From an uncultured Candidatus Saccharibacteria bacterium (GTDB lineage: Bacteria > Patescibacteriota > Doudnabacteria > UBA920), in the NCBI GenBank assembly GCA_964473815.1, contig CAYYQK010000002.1, positions 105,128 through 169,127 of the forward strand: a stretch of DNA of 64,000 bases, written 5' to 3'. How positions within the stretch are numbered: the first letter of the stretch is position 1; every line of letters starts with the position of its first letter. The notes beneath the pieces were generated by a model. It was not told the DNA's origin, searched no databases, and saw nothing but the letters and a program-made list of their open reading frames with translations. The position numbers and the translations under genes were made by a program. Below, piece by piece: positions 47,363-57,172 of the stretch.

Positions 47363-48259
47363 GTGAATTTTACAAAAATATTCCGCCAAGCTTATCTCTT
47401 AACAATTCACAACCCATTGTTGTGGTTGTTTGGAATAGTATTGCTTGGCGGATTTAATTTATCTTTGGTAAATTTTGCAGCACTGATGCATAACCAAACC
47501 TGGAAAACGTGGCCTCTGCCACTGCACTTGTTTTCTTTTGATGAACCGCGCCAAATTGTGGCAGTGATAATTGTCGTTGTTATTACTTTTGCAATTTTAC
47601 ATTTTTTAAAACTTGCTTTCATCATTTTTTCTCACAGCTTAATTCATAAAGTTGATGAAAGTGAGAACAAAGAAAATATTCATTGCCGACTTTGTGTGCA
47701 CGTAAAAAATAACACCACCCCATTGCTAATTTGGTGGATGAGAATAATGTCCGCGAGTTTAATTACAATCGCCATAACCGCAGGCTTAAGTTTTATTGTT
47801 AATTCTTTACTTAGCCAGACAGGTGGAAATTTTGAAATTGCGCTGGTCATCAATTTACTGTTTTTGATTGTGGTGACTTGTGTCGTTGGAACATGGAATA
47901 CTTTCACGGCATATTTTATTACATTACATGACTTAAATTTTCATGCCGCAATTGCAGCTGCCTTTGACTTGTTGGTGATGCGCTTTCGACGCATTTTTGA
48001 ATTCATAGTGTGCTTGTCTGCGTTTTATACCTTGGCGGTATTAATTGGCAATGCCTTCATTAATGGGTGGCAGCATGGTTTTGATCGGGGCGAGATTATG
48101 GAAGTTCGGGTAGTGTTTTTGGTATTTTTTGCCATTTGGTTTGCGGTTAATAACACTTTCTTTAACCTTGCCTTCTTGTTATTTTTCGACAGCCTTGTAA
48201 AATCAAGTCAAAATAAAGAACCTCTACACAGTACTGAACCATTGGCAGAACCGATTTAA
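47363..48259 (+). CDS. hypothetical polytopic membrane protein
   Basis: 298-aa ORF with ~7 TM helices. Confidence 0.4.
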   Translation: MNFTKIFRQAYLLTIHNPLLWLFGIVLLGGFNLSLVNFAALMHNQTWKTWPLPLHLFSFDEPRQIVAVIIVVVITFAILHFLKLAFIIFSHSLIHKVDESENKENIHCRLCVHVKNNTTPLLIWWMRIMSASLITIAITAGLSFIVNSLLSQTGGNFEIALVINLLFLIVVTCVVGTWNTFTAYFITLHDLNFHAAIAAAFDLLVMRFRRIFEFIVCLSAFYTLAVLIGNAFINGWQHGFDRGEIMEVRVVFLVFFAIWFAVNNTFFNLAFLLFFDSLVKSSQNKEPLHSTEPLAEPI

Positions 48260-48292
48260 ATCGGTATAATGGGTGAGTCTTACCCCTTTTAG

Positions 48293-48368
48293 GGGCGGTT
48301 AGCTCAGTTGGTAGAGCGTCACATTGACGTTGTGAATGTCAGAGGTTCGAATCCTCTACCGCCCACCA
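48293..48368 (+). tRNA. tRNA-Val (GAC)
   Basis: acceptor GGGCGGT/ACCGCCC, anticodon loop TTGACGT, T-loop GGTTCGAATCC, CCA; TATAAT box 25 nt upstream. Confidence 0.85.
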
Positions 48369-48474
48369 TAAGCAATTAATTCAAGAATTGGGAATTTAGA
48401 ATCAAGTTTAGCAGCGTATTTATCTAGCGCAAACTTCATTCGTGATTCGTGATTCTTGGCAAAGCAAGCAGCAT

Positions 48475-49167
48475 ATGCCAAACATAACATCAGAGCAATT
48501 ACAAAAATTAATCGACACTAAGCCGAAAGATTTAGATTTGTATATTTCGGCGTTCACTCACCGGTCGTACTTAAATGAGAATCGCGGTTTTCATTTGCCG
48601 CACAACGAGCGTCTCGAATTTTTGGGAGACGCGGTTTTGGAATTGGTATCGACCGAGCACTTATATAAAAATTATGATCACCCGGAAGGTGAACTTACTA
48701 ACTTCCGCAGCGCGTTGGTTAATTATAAAATGTTATCTGAGATCGCCGCGCGGTTGGGATTCGAACAGTTTCTGTTGATGTCGCGCGGGGAAGCAAAAGA
48801 CACAGGTCGCGCGCGTCAGGTAATTTTAGCGAATTGTATTGAAGCATTCATTGGCGCGTTGTTTTTGGATTTAGGATACGAAGCGACCCAAAAATTTATC
48901 GAAAAAGAAATTTTAGTTGAACTACCAAACATAATTTCCGGCGGAACTTATATGGACCCAAAAAGTAAGCTACAAGAGTTAGTCCAAGAAAAGCATGGCA
49001 TTACTCCAACTTATGGAGTTGTTAGTGAAAGCGGGCCAGACCATGACAAAGTTTTTGTGGTTGCAGCGTACATGGGGAAGAAAGAAATTGGTCGCGGTCA
49101 AGGGCCAAGCAAACAAGAAGGTGAAATTTCTGCTGCTGAGCATGCTTTGAAGGAAATCGAAAAATAG
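48475..49167 (+). CDS. rnc: ribonuclease III
   Basis: RNase III signature ERLEFLGDAVLE, C-terminal dsRBD; start trimmed to MPNITSEQL. Confidence 0.9.
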   Translation: MPNITSEQLQKLIDTKPKDLDLYISAFTHRSYLNENRGFHLPHNERLEFLGDAVLELVSTEHLYKNYDHPEGELTNFRSALVNYKMLSEIAARLGFEQFLLMSRGEAKDTGRARQVILANCIEAFIGALFLDLGYEATQKFIEKEILVELPNIISGGTYMDPKSKLQELVQEKHGITPTYGVVSESGPDHDKVFVVAAYMGKKEIGRGQGPSKQEGEISAAEHALKEIEK

Positions 49168-49237
49168 TTGTTTGTTATTTTGTAAATAGTCAACTCCTGT
49201 CCTTGACAGCAAGTTTATCTTAAGATAAACTTGAAAT

Positions 49238-49489
49238 ATGGATAAAATAATTGGTTTAAAAGAATTTCGTGAAAATGTAGAAGCATATACCAAGCAAGTG
49301 AATGCTGGGCAAACTTTTGTGGTGCTAAAAAAATCTAAACCTATCTTCAAAATTGTTCCTGCGACAGAAGAAAATTGGGAGACAGTTATAGACTTTACCG
49401 AAGTTAACCCGAAAGGCGTTTTAATTGAAGATGTCGTAAATGCTCTTGGGTATGGAAAAACTACAGAAAGCTCTCGCAAAACTTCCTAA
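49238..49489 (+). CDS. Phd/YefM-family antitoxin
   Basis: 83-aa; MDKIIGLKEFRENVEAY...FVVLKKSKPIF typical Phd/YefM N-terminus; overlaps downstream toxin gene. Confidence 0.65.
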   Translation: MDKIIGLKEFRENVEAYTKQVNAGQTFVVLKKSKPIFKIVPATEENWETVIDFTEVNPKGVLIEDVVNALGYGKTTESSRKTS

Positions 49490-49694
49490 AAAACATCAGG
49501 CAAATTTTAAGTTCCTGGCTATCCGTTTGTTAGCAAGGGACTTTTTAGGTTTAGATGTTAAAAAACTAAAGGGGCACAAAGATATTTACAGGGTAAGGCA
49601 TGGTAATTTACGAATTATTTACAAAATGACAAACAAAGAATTACGTATTTTAGAAGTCGGATTGCGCTCAGAGAAAACTTATCGGAACTTCTAA
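49452..49694 (+). CDS. RelE/ParE-family toxin
   Basis: ~80 aa; YRVRHGNLRIIYKMTNKELRILEVGLRSE motif characteristic of RelE/ParE. Confidence 0.7.
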   Translation: MEKLQKALAKLPKKHQANFKFLAIRLLARDFLGLDVKKLKGHKDIYRVRHGNLRIIYKMTNKELRILEVGLRSEKTYRNF

Positions 49695-49846
49695 AAAATA
49701 TATGAAAATGGGGATAACTCGCGTTGACCCTTAATACAGCGATTGATACACTTTAGTTACGAGTTTAAACTCCGAGTAACCAAACAAACACAAATCACAA
49801 AGACGACTTCCTCAGAAAGGGGAAGCCGTTTTTGTTTTGGGTAAAG

Positions 49847-49875
49847 TTGACAATGAGACAGTTTTTGGCCATAAT
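49847..49875 (+). promoter_or_regulatory. sigma70-like promoter TTGACA-17-CATAAT
   Basis: upstream of repeat-protein gene at 49932. Confidence 0.45.
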
Positions 49876-49931
49876 GGAATGCTCAAACTACAAAAGTTTG
49901 GACATAGTTCTATTAAGATAAATAAGGAGGG

Positions 49932-51023
49932 GTGAATATGTGCCCAGTAAAATCTTGGGACCGTGATAAGGTCATCGAAGTAATACTTGAAAGGCATGCC
50001 AATGGATTGCCTCTCAATTCAAATTTTCAGCAGTTGCATAATGCTTCGTTATACTGTGCCGCAACTAATTATTGTGGTAGTTGGCGTAAAGCTATTGAGG
50101 ACGCAGGGTTAAAATATGATGATGTAAAGATTAAGAAACGCGCAACTCCAAAGTGGGGCAAAGAGAAAGTCGTAAAAACTATTCTTAATCGAAAAATTGA
50201 AGACTTGCCACTGAACTCAAACTTCGTTCAGTTAAATGAGCAGTTGCTTTATGCAGCGGCTTGCAAGTATTTCAAAGGATGGCGACAAGCAATCGAGGCC
50301 TCTGGTTTGGATTACAACCAGATTCGCAAAGTTTTTTTGAGAACCTGGAGCAAGAAGGCAATCGTTGCTGAAATTAAACGCCGCAAACGCAAAGGATTAT
50401 CAGTAAACGGCGAAACTGTCAGTTCAGAAGACAGGGGTTTGTATAATGCGGCTCGTCGGCACTTTGGCATTGGTGGTTGGAAAAAAGCATTGCTTTTTGC
50501 CGGCATTAATCCGAAGGATATTGATCCAAACCGTAAATGGACCAAGCGCAGAATACTTTCAAGAATTAGAAAGCTCCATAGAGCAGGTTTACCGGTCTAT
50601 GGCTATGCCCTAATCAAATCCGGACAACAGAATCTAGTTGCTGGAGCGGAAAAATATTTTGGAAGCTGGCGTAAAGCCATTGAGGCCGCGGGTTTACAAT
50701 GGAAAAAAGTCCGAGGGGTGAAGAAGTTTTATTGGTGGACCCCTGACCGTGTAAAATCTCAGATTCGATATTGGGCAAATCGTGGCGAGTCTTTAAGCCT
50801 AAATTCGTTTCGCAAAGATCACGGTGATCTCGTCGGTGCTGCGATTTTACATTTCGAATCTTGGAGCCAAGCGGTATATGCTAGTGGTATTGACTATTTA
50901 GCTCACACTAAGGTATGGTCAACTAAAGCTTGGTTAAGGAATTTATCAGATACGGACGTACAAAATCTTGAACAGCACGTTCGCAAGGCATCACATTTGA
51001 GGAGGAAAAATGCCAGAACTTGA
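49932..51023 (+). CDS. tandem-repeat protein (~7 x 45-50 aa repeats with signature ...LY.AA..YFGSWRKAIEAAGL...), probably nucleic-acid-binding
   Basis: internal periodicity visible in protein: GSWRKAIEDAGL / KGWRQAIEASGL / GGWKKALLFAGI / GSWRKAIEAAGL / ESWSQAVYASGI. Confidence 0.5.
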   Translation: MNMCPVKSWDRDKVIEVILERHANGLPLNSNFQQLHNASLYCAATNYCGSWRKAIEDAGLKYDDVKIKKRATPKWGKEKVVKTILNRKIEDLPLNSNFVQLNEQLLYAAACKYFKGWRQAIEASGLDYNQIRKVFLRTWSKKAIVAEIKRRKRKGLSVNGETVSSEDRGLYNAARRHFGIGGWKKALLFAGINPKDIDPNRKWTKRRILSRIRKLHRAGLPVYGYALIKSGQQNLVAGAEKYFGSWRKAIEAAGLQWKKVRGVKKFYWWTPDRVKSQIRYWANRGESLSLNSFRKDHGDLVGAAILHFESWSQAVYASGIDYLAHTKVWSTKAWLRNLSDTDVQNLEQHVRKASHLRRKNART

Positions 51024-51948
51024 AAGGTCAAAATTTGTGTTCGACATTCCCGTGAATAAGATCGATATGCCTTTCGGAATTCGTCATTTTTACGATGACG
51101 AGAGTATGAAGGATATATCAAGATCAATCGCGGGCGGTGGGTTACTACAGCCGATATTGGTAACAAAATCGGACAAGCCAGGCCGATACAATCTTATTGT
51201 CGGCTCGCGGCGGCTTAAAGGGACCATGGCTAATGGTACTACTGAGATTCCTGGGATTTTGAAAGATAATCTTTCATCCAGAGAGATTAAAATCCTCGCA
51301 CTTTCAGAAAATGTTCAGAGAGAGGATCTGACACCTTTCGAAGAAGCCTGGGTTGTCTTTGATCTCGTTAAAAACGAGAAGATGGGTATCGCTGCAGTAG
51401 CCAAATCCTTAGGAAAGCACGAGACGTGGGTCAGAAGAAGAATGAAGTATTTAAGCGTTCCAGATGAGGTTAAAAACCTTGTTTTGGAGGGCAAGCTTTC
51501 ATTCCATAACGTCGAATGTTTGGTCAGCTCTGTGACGGATCCAGCTTTGCAAATCAAATTTGCTACGGAAGCTGTCTTCCATCGTTTCGGTCCGTGTGAA
51601 TTACGTGAGTATATCGCGGATTACGAGGCGGCAGCGGTTAAATCGAAATTGCAAAAGCCTCAAGATGAAGCTAGTGTTCCTGCCCAGCCGGAGAGATTCC
51701 GGCAAACGCTGGGGGACAGTGAGTCGCGAATGCTGCGCATCATAAAAACCATGACCACTAAAAAGTTGGTCATGAAGCTGACTTTGATTAGGAAAACAAT
51801 GAGAGTTGTATTCCGATCATTCAAACAGCGCAAAGCTGAGGATATCTATAATCTAATCGTGGAAATGAAAAAAGTCCGCGCACAACTTGATAAAGATATC
51901 CAAAAAGCTGAGGAGGAATATGGATATCTCTTGCTATCTTTAGAATGA
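51010..51948 (+). CDS. ParB/Spo0J-like protein (ParB N-terminal domain + HTH), orphan (no parA adjacent)
   Basis: GGLLQPILVTK...YNLIVGSRRLKG (ParB box I/II) and HTH MGIAAVAKSLGKHETWVRRRMKYLSVPDEV. Confidence 0.75.
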   Translation: MPELERSKFVFDIPVNKIDMPFGIRHFYDDESMKDISRSIAGGGLLQPILVTKSDKPGRYNLIVGSRRLKGTMANGTTEIPGILKDNLSSREIKILALSENVQREDLTPFEEAWVVFDLVKNEKMGIAAVAKSLGKHETWVRRRMKYLSVPDEVKNLVLEGKLSFHNVECLVSSVTDPALQIKFATEAVFHRFGPCELREYIADYEAAAVKSKLQKPQDEASVPAQPERFRQTLGDSESRMLRIIKTMTTKKLVMKLTLIRKTMRVVFRSFKQRKAEDIYNLIVEMKKVRAQLDKDIQKAEEEYGYLLLSLE

Positions 51949-52043
51949 TGTAGTAGAACAACACTCAAACTTATAGGTTGCCGAAAGGTGGCCTTTTTTA
52001 TTTGTTAAACTAACAAATCAATGTGGTATAATTAATAGGCAAT

Positions 52044-54671
52044 ATGTACCTGAAACGCTTAGAAATACAAGGCTTTAAATCGTTCGCAAAAAAGACAGTT
52101 TTAGAGTTTGAAACCGGGATCACAGCGATCGTCGGGCCGAACGGCAGTGGTAAATCCAACACTGCTGATTGTTTACGTTGGGTGCTAGGCGAGCAAAGCG
52201 CTAAGCTGATGCGCGGTAAAAAAAGTGAAGACGTAATTTTTGCAGGCTCTGATAAACGATCGCGCGGTGGTTTTGCCGAAGTCATTGCTACATTCGACAA
52301 CCGTGACCACAAAATTCCTGTCGACGCAGCTGAAGTCAGTATTGGCCGCCGCATTTCGCGCAGTGGTGAAAGTGAATATTTAATTAACAATGCCAAAGTG
52401 CGTTTACTCGACATTGTTGATTTGGTATTAAAGTCTAATATTGGAACTTCGCGTTACACTGTTATTGGCCAGGGTACAATTGACTCCATGATTTTGGCCG
52501 GACCGAATGAAATTAAAAATTTACTTGATGAAGCTAGTGGTGTAAAAACTTATTACATCAAACGCGACCGCACACTTCGCCGCTTGGAACAAACTGCACA
52601 AAATTTAATGCGTGCAGAAGACCTGCTTCGCGAACTTGAACCGCGCGTTAAGTCATTGCGTCGCCAAGCCAAACGAATGGAAGCTCGTGAAGTTATTGAA
52701 GTTGACTTGAAAGCCTACCAAAAAGAACATTTGGGCTCACAATGGTGGAGCCTGAAAAATTCTATCGATATTCTAAACAAAGAACTGGACACGCACGCCC
52801 AGAGTCGCGCGCAAATTGATGCAGTTATGAATGCGCACTTACAAAAGATAGAGCTTCATGAAACTGAAAACGCTGCTGCGCTTACAGATTACAAACAGGT
52901 TCAGGAAAAACTGCAACAACTACAAACCGAAAAAAATTCTCTGCTCGAACAAGTCAGCTTGATTCGCGGTAAAATGCAATCGCAAAAAACTGGCAGTGGC
53001 GACAGTGCGTCTTTGGAAATCGACAGCCATACCTTGGAGCAAAAAATTATCGAAACCGAGAATCAGATCAAGGCTGCAGAAGCGCGAATGGTAAATGCGA
53101 CCAAGCAAATTACTGCACAAGAAGAAGCTGTTGCAGTTGTGAATGCACAACTCACCGAACTTTACACAGCACTCAGCAACCCAGCAGGCAGCGACTGGAA
53201 ACAAGTAGAAGACCAGATGTCAGAACTTGATAATACTTTCGTGCAATTCGAAAGAATTATCGATGAAACTAGCGATTTAGGCCAGATTCGTAATGCGACC
53301 GCCGCCGTTGTCCATGCCTGGAACAGTTTTAAAAAAGCAGCGACAGAAGCAGCTAAGCACCCAGACTTCAGTCGCAAATTACAGGAGCAATTACAAGAAC
53401 TAAACACTCAAAAAGACAAACTTATTACTGAGCAAAACTCATTAACTTCGGCTGCTTCTAAAGCTCAAATGAGTAAAGATTTTTTATCAGGCCAATTAAC
53501 TAGCTTGCAAAATGAAAAGTTGCAGGTAGACTTGGAATTAAAAAAAGCGGCCAGTGGTAGCAGTGATTCCTTTGTGCAAGAGCTTGTTGCAGAAGAAAAT
53601 AAAGTTCAGGAAAAGATTAAAGCAGTCACACAAAAAATTACAGAACTCGAAGAAAAGATGCAAAATTTTTATGCGTCAGAAAACAGTTGGAAAGCTTCAA
53701 TTGCCGAAGAAGATAAGCGTTTCCGTCAACAGCAAGACGAGCTAAGTCGGGTGCGTGATCAAGAAAGCAAAGTACAAATTGAAAAAGCTAAGTTGGAAAC
53801 TCAGAGCGACAACATTGTTTCGGAAATCGTTGCCCAACTTGGCAGTGATATGCTGGAAAAAATACAAGCTGTAGAAATCAAAAAAGAAACCGAAGGCTTA
53901 ACTGAAAAAATTCAAAAACTACAACATCAGTTAAGTTTGATTGGCGGAGTCGATGAGTTAACAATTCAGGAATATCATGAGACTGAAAGTCGTTACACCA
54001 ATTTGGAAACACAGATTACTGACTTGCAAAAGAGTATGCAAGACTTGCGTCACGTGATGGATGAACTCGACGAACACATTAAAACTAAATTCAACGAGGC
54101 ATTCCACAAAGTTAATGCTCAGTTCGAACAATACTTCCGTGTGTTGTTTAATGGTGGCCGTGCGTATCTGTCACTTGTAAAACCGAATGATACTAAAACA
54201 GAAGGTGAACTTGCAGAGCAAGAAGCTGAAGATGCCAAAGAAGAAGCTGATGAAAAAGACGCAATGCGCCCTGAAGAAAAAATTGTGGCTAAGTATGAGA
54301 AGGGAAGTTTGGCAGTTGCCGGCGTCGAAATTCGCGCCACACCTCCAAACAAAAAGCTTTCTGCAATTCAGTCACTATCTGGAGGCGAGCGCTCGTTAAC
54401 TTCAATTGCTTTGCTTTGTAGTTTACTAACTTGCTTCCCATCTCCTTTCGTGGTGCTCGATGAAGTTGATGCTGCTCTCGATGAAGCCAATACAATTCGT
54501 TTTGGACAAATTTTAGGAAAGCTGGCTCACCAAACCCAGTTCATTACAATCACTCACAACCGCGAAACCATGTCCCAAGCCAACACGATTTATGGTGTAA
54601 CCATGGGCGACGACGGCGTTTCGCAGCTACTATCTATTAAAATCGCCCAAGCAAAGGCCTACGCTAAGTAG
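52044..54671 (+). CDS. smc: chromosome segregation protein SMC (short, 875 aa)
   Basis: N-terminal Walker A GPNGSGKSN, coiled coils, C-terminal LSGGERSLTSIALL signature and Walker B VLDEVDAALD. Confidence 0.85.
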   Translation: MYLKRLEIQGFKSFAKKTVLEFETGITAIVGPNGSGKSNTADCLRWVLGEQSAKLMRGKKSEDVIFAGSDKRSRGGFAEVIATFDNRDHKIPVDAAEVSIGRRISRSGESEYLINNAKVRLLDIVDLVLKSNIGTSRYTVIGQGTIDSMILAGPNEIKNLLDEASGVKTYYIKRDRTLRRLEQTAQNLMRAEDLLRELEPRVKSLRRQAKRMEAREVIEVDLKAYQKEHLGSQWWSLKNSIDILNKELDTHAQSRAQIDAVMNAHLQKIELHETENAAALTDYKQVQEKLQQLQTEKNSLLEQVSLIRGKMQSQKTGSGDSASLEIDSHTLEQKIIETENQIKAAEARMVNATKQITAQEEAVAVVNAQLTELYTALSNPAGSDWKQVEDQMSELDNTFVQFERIIDETSDLGQIRNATAAVVHAWNSFKKAATEAAKHPDFSRKLQEQLQELNTQKDKLITEQNSLTSAASKAQMSKDFLSGQLTSLQNEKLQVDLELKKAASGSSDSFVQELVAEENKVQEKIKAVTQKITELEEKMQNFYASENSWKASIAEEDKRFRQQQDELSRVRDQESKVQIEKAKLETQSDNIVSEIVAQLGSDMLEKIQAVEIKKETEGLTEKIQKLQHQLSLIGGVDELTIQEYHETESRYTNLETQITDLQKSMQDLRHVMDELDEHIKTKFNEAFHKVNAQFEQYFRVLFNGGRAYLSLVKPNDTKTEGELAEQEAEDAKEEADEKDAMRPEEKIVAKYEKGSLAVAGVEIRATPPNKKLSAIQSLSGGERSLTSIALLCSLLTCFPSPFVVLDEVDAALDEANTIRFGQILGKLAHQTQFITITHNRETMSQANTIYGVTMGDDGVSQLLSIKIAQAKAYAK

Positions 54672-54702
54672 AAATTCATCAAAAATCGGCCAAATCTTGA
54701 CT

Positions 54703-54742
54703 AAAAGGACTTTCAATGGTAAACTTTGGAAGTCCTTTTTGT
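54703..54742 (+). terminator. rho-independent terminator (aaaggactt...aagtccttt + TTTG)
   Basis: 9-bp stem with long loop then T-run after smc. Confidence 0.45.
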
Positions 54743-54828
54743 CGCAGAGACCGTCAAACTCCGCAGATAAATACAGATAAACGGCTTATAAAAGCCAGAT
54801 TTAATCAATCTAAATAATATTTCTCCGA

Positions 54829-55338
54829 ATGTTAATTATTCGTTTACAACGTGCTGGTAAAAAGAATAAAGCTGATTTCCGGCTTGTTCTTGCGCAAAAG
54901 ACCGCTGCTAGCCAAAAGAAATTCACTGAAGTAATGGGTTCTTACAATCCACATACTAAGAATTTGCAAATCCGTGATCAGGAACGTTTGAACTATTGGG
55001 TTAATGACCAACATGTAGAAGTCTCTCCTACTGCTTACAACCTTCTTGTTGCTAAAGAAATCATCAAAGGTGATAAGAAAAAAGCATTCACAATTCCTAA
55101 AAAGGAAGTAGTGGCTGAAGAGCCAGCTGCCGAAGCTCCAGTTTCAGCAGAGGGTGCAGCAGTAGAAGAGCCGGCAACTGAAGCAGTTCCAGCAGAAGAA
55201 ACTGCTGCATCTGAACCAGCAGCAGAAACACCGGCAGAAGCTGAAGCTCCAACCGTAGAACCTGTGGCTGAAGAGCCAGCAGCTGAGCCAACTCCAGAAT
55301 CAACCGAACCTGCTGAAACAACTGAATCACAAGAATAA
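54829..55338 (+). CDS. rpsP: 30S ribosomal protein S16 with C-terminal Pro/Ala/Glu-rich repeat extension
   Basis: MLIIRLQRAGKKNKADFRLVL N-terminus; C-terminal EPAAE/PAEE repeats. Confidence 0.9.
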   Translation: MLIIRLQRAGKKNKADFRLVLAQKTAASQKKFTEVMGSYNPHTKNLQIRDQERLNYWVNDQHVEVSPTAYNLLVAKEIIKGDKKKAFTIPKKEVVAEEPAAEAPVSAEGAAVEEPATEAVPAEETAASEPAAETPAEAEAPTVEPVAEEPAAEPTPESTEPAETTESQE

Positions 55339-55343
55339 ATTTT

Positions 55344-55368
55344 AAACCCGCCGAGAGCGGGTTTTAAA
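55344..55368 (+). terminator. rho-independent terminator (aacccgc-cgaga-gcgggtt + T-run)
   Basis: 7-bp GC stem then TTTAAAAT after rpsP. Confidence 0.7.
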
Positions 55369-55456
55369 ATGTGAGTTATCAACTGTTCAGTTGCTTTTTT
55401 CTCTTATTCGTGCTATACTTAACCCAAAGTTAGTCACAAAACAAGAAATAAAAAAT

Positions 55457-55951
55457 ATGAACAACAATAAGAAATGGTTGGCAATTGCAATATTAGTTGT
55501 AGTCGCTGCCGCAGCCTGGTTTTTGCTAGTGAAAATCGATAAAAAGAATTCGAGCAAGAATGTTAAGACTGCACCAATTGTAAAGACCACAAAGACAGAT
55601 GTGGACTTTTCGCGTGCCCCAGAAAAATTCCCAGCAGAAATTCCGATCGAAAAGGACGCAAACATTACCCAAAACTATAACGCAACAACAACTAACGGAA
55701 TCTTCCAAGCAACTAGAGTTTTTGAAAGCTCAAAAGCATCAGCAGACAACTTTAGTATTTACAAAGATTTCATGACTAAGAATGGCTGGCAGATCACTTC
55801 AACTATTGATAAGCCAAATCTAAAGTCATTGGTTGGAACAAAGGGCGCAGAAACTCTCTTGGTGAATATTACTGAAAATACTGTTAACCATAAGAAAACA
55901 GTCAGTATTAACTATAGTACTGATACTCGCGTAAAGGCAACAACAAAGTAA
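55457..55951 (+). CDS. small N-terminally anchored secreted protein, paralog A (shares FPAEIPIE motif with 59665..60144)
   Basis: N-terminal TM/signal anchor; central conserved motif; start trimmed to MNNNKKWLAIAILVVV. Confidence 0.45.
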   Translation: MNNNKKWLAIAILVVVAAAAWFLLVKIDKKNSSKNVKTAPIVKTTKTDVDFSRAPEKFPAEIPIEKDANITQNYNATTTNGIFQATRVFESSKASADNFSIYKDFMTKNGWQITSTIDKPNLKSLVGTKGAETLLVNITENTVNHKKTVSINYSTDTRVKATTK

Positions 55952-55969
55952 TATTTGCTTTAAAATATC

Positions 55970-57166
55970 ATGCACAAAAATATCCAAAATGTAGTTGTAA
56001 GAGTTCTTATTGTACTAACTGCATTACTAAGTTTGCCCGCGACACTAGTAACCACGAAAACAGTTCAGGCTAGCACTTGTGTTGGTTTATGTGAGCCGGA
56101 TGTTAACTATGTTAACAATGGTAACAACAATTTTACCGTTAAAGCCAATGAATCGCTCATGTATAACGCATGCAGCTATGATAATAATAATGGCTTGGAT
56201 GAGGCATATGTATCTGAGAATATTTCTTCGAGCTTTGGTATTTACTTCTTCGGAACTCAAGATCCAGGCAATACTCACACAGCTTACGAGCCGGATATTT
56301 CTATGCCTTACGCGCCAGGCCATACCGATGGTTGGACTTATTGCGGTTTCCCAGCCACTCCAACGGTTCCTACGTGGGCTGGTACATCAGAAAGAACCTT
56401 TAATATACCATCTGGTGAGTCTGGGTTCTTTGTGGGGTTTTTCACTCACGTAACTAGGTGGGAACGCCACCAAGGCGAATACGTTCCACAACAGGATGAA
56501 GATCAATTTGTCATAGTCTTGCAGTACACAGGACCAACCCCAAATTTGAGTTGCACCTTCTTACAGGCCACCCAAAGAATTTATCAAGGTGACTCCGTTG
56601 CTTATTCATTTAAAGTTGATACAGATAAACCTGGGTTTAGTTCTCCGGTAGCACTCTCGGCAAGTATCAGACCAGCATCGAGTGGTAACCAGGTTTCCCC
56701 ATCAGTAAGTATTGATCCGTCATACAACAACAAAGTACCCCCAACAACAGGAGTACTGCTAGTGAATGCGCCGGATAATACAACGCCGAATGATAAATAC
56801 GTTATTACAATGACAGCGACTGGAGGAGGTCAAACAAAAACTTGTATCACCAATTTGGATGTCAAAGAATGGAATCCAGATTTTCAATTACGCATAGAAC
56901 CGGATCAAAAAATGGTAAACGCTGGCCAAATAGAAGAGTACGAAGTATTCGCTGACTGCACAGGAAGTTTTGATGGCGATATAACAGGCTTAAAAGTACA
57001 GTCAACCTTTGTAAACCCTATTATAGAGTTGGGCGCAACTACTTTGCATTGCGGAAGAACAACAACAGTGAGTATAGATACATCTTCAATACCTGAGGAT
57101 CAAAGATCTAATTTAGCTACCCCTACATATCAAAACCTGACAGTAACAGGATCCGCTAATTTATAG
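55970..57166 (+). CDS. secreted hypothetical protein (signal peptide)
   Basis: 398-aa ORF with N-terminal signal peptide ending ...KTVQA. Confidence 0.5.
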   Translation: MHKNIQNVVVRVLIVLTALLSLPATLVTTKTVQASTCVGLCEPDVNYVNNGNNNFTVKANESLMYNACSYDNNNGLDEAYVSENISSSFGIYFFGTQDPGNTHTAYEPDISMPYAPGHTDGWTYCGFPATPTVPTWAGTSERTFNIPSGESGFFVGFFTHVTRWERHQGEYVPQQDEDQFVIVLQYTGPTPNLSCTFLQATQRIYQGDSVAYSFKVDTDKPGFSSPVALSASIRPASSGNQVSPSVSIDPSYNNKVPPTTGVLLVNAPDNTTPNDKYVITMTATGGGQTKTCITNLDVKEWNPDFQLRIEPDQKMVNAGQIEEYEVFADCTGSFDGDITGLKVQSTFVNPIIELGATTLHCGRTTTVSIDTSSIPEDQRSNLATPTYQNLTVTGSANL

Positions 57167-57172
57167 ACACTT

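Noticed and set aside
48441-48456. Short tandem duplication cgtgattcgtgattc upstream of rnc
   Set aside because: It has only two 7-nt units and is probably incidental. It was not treated as a regulatory repeat.
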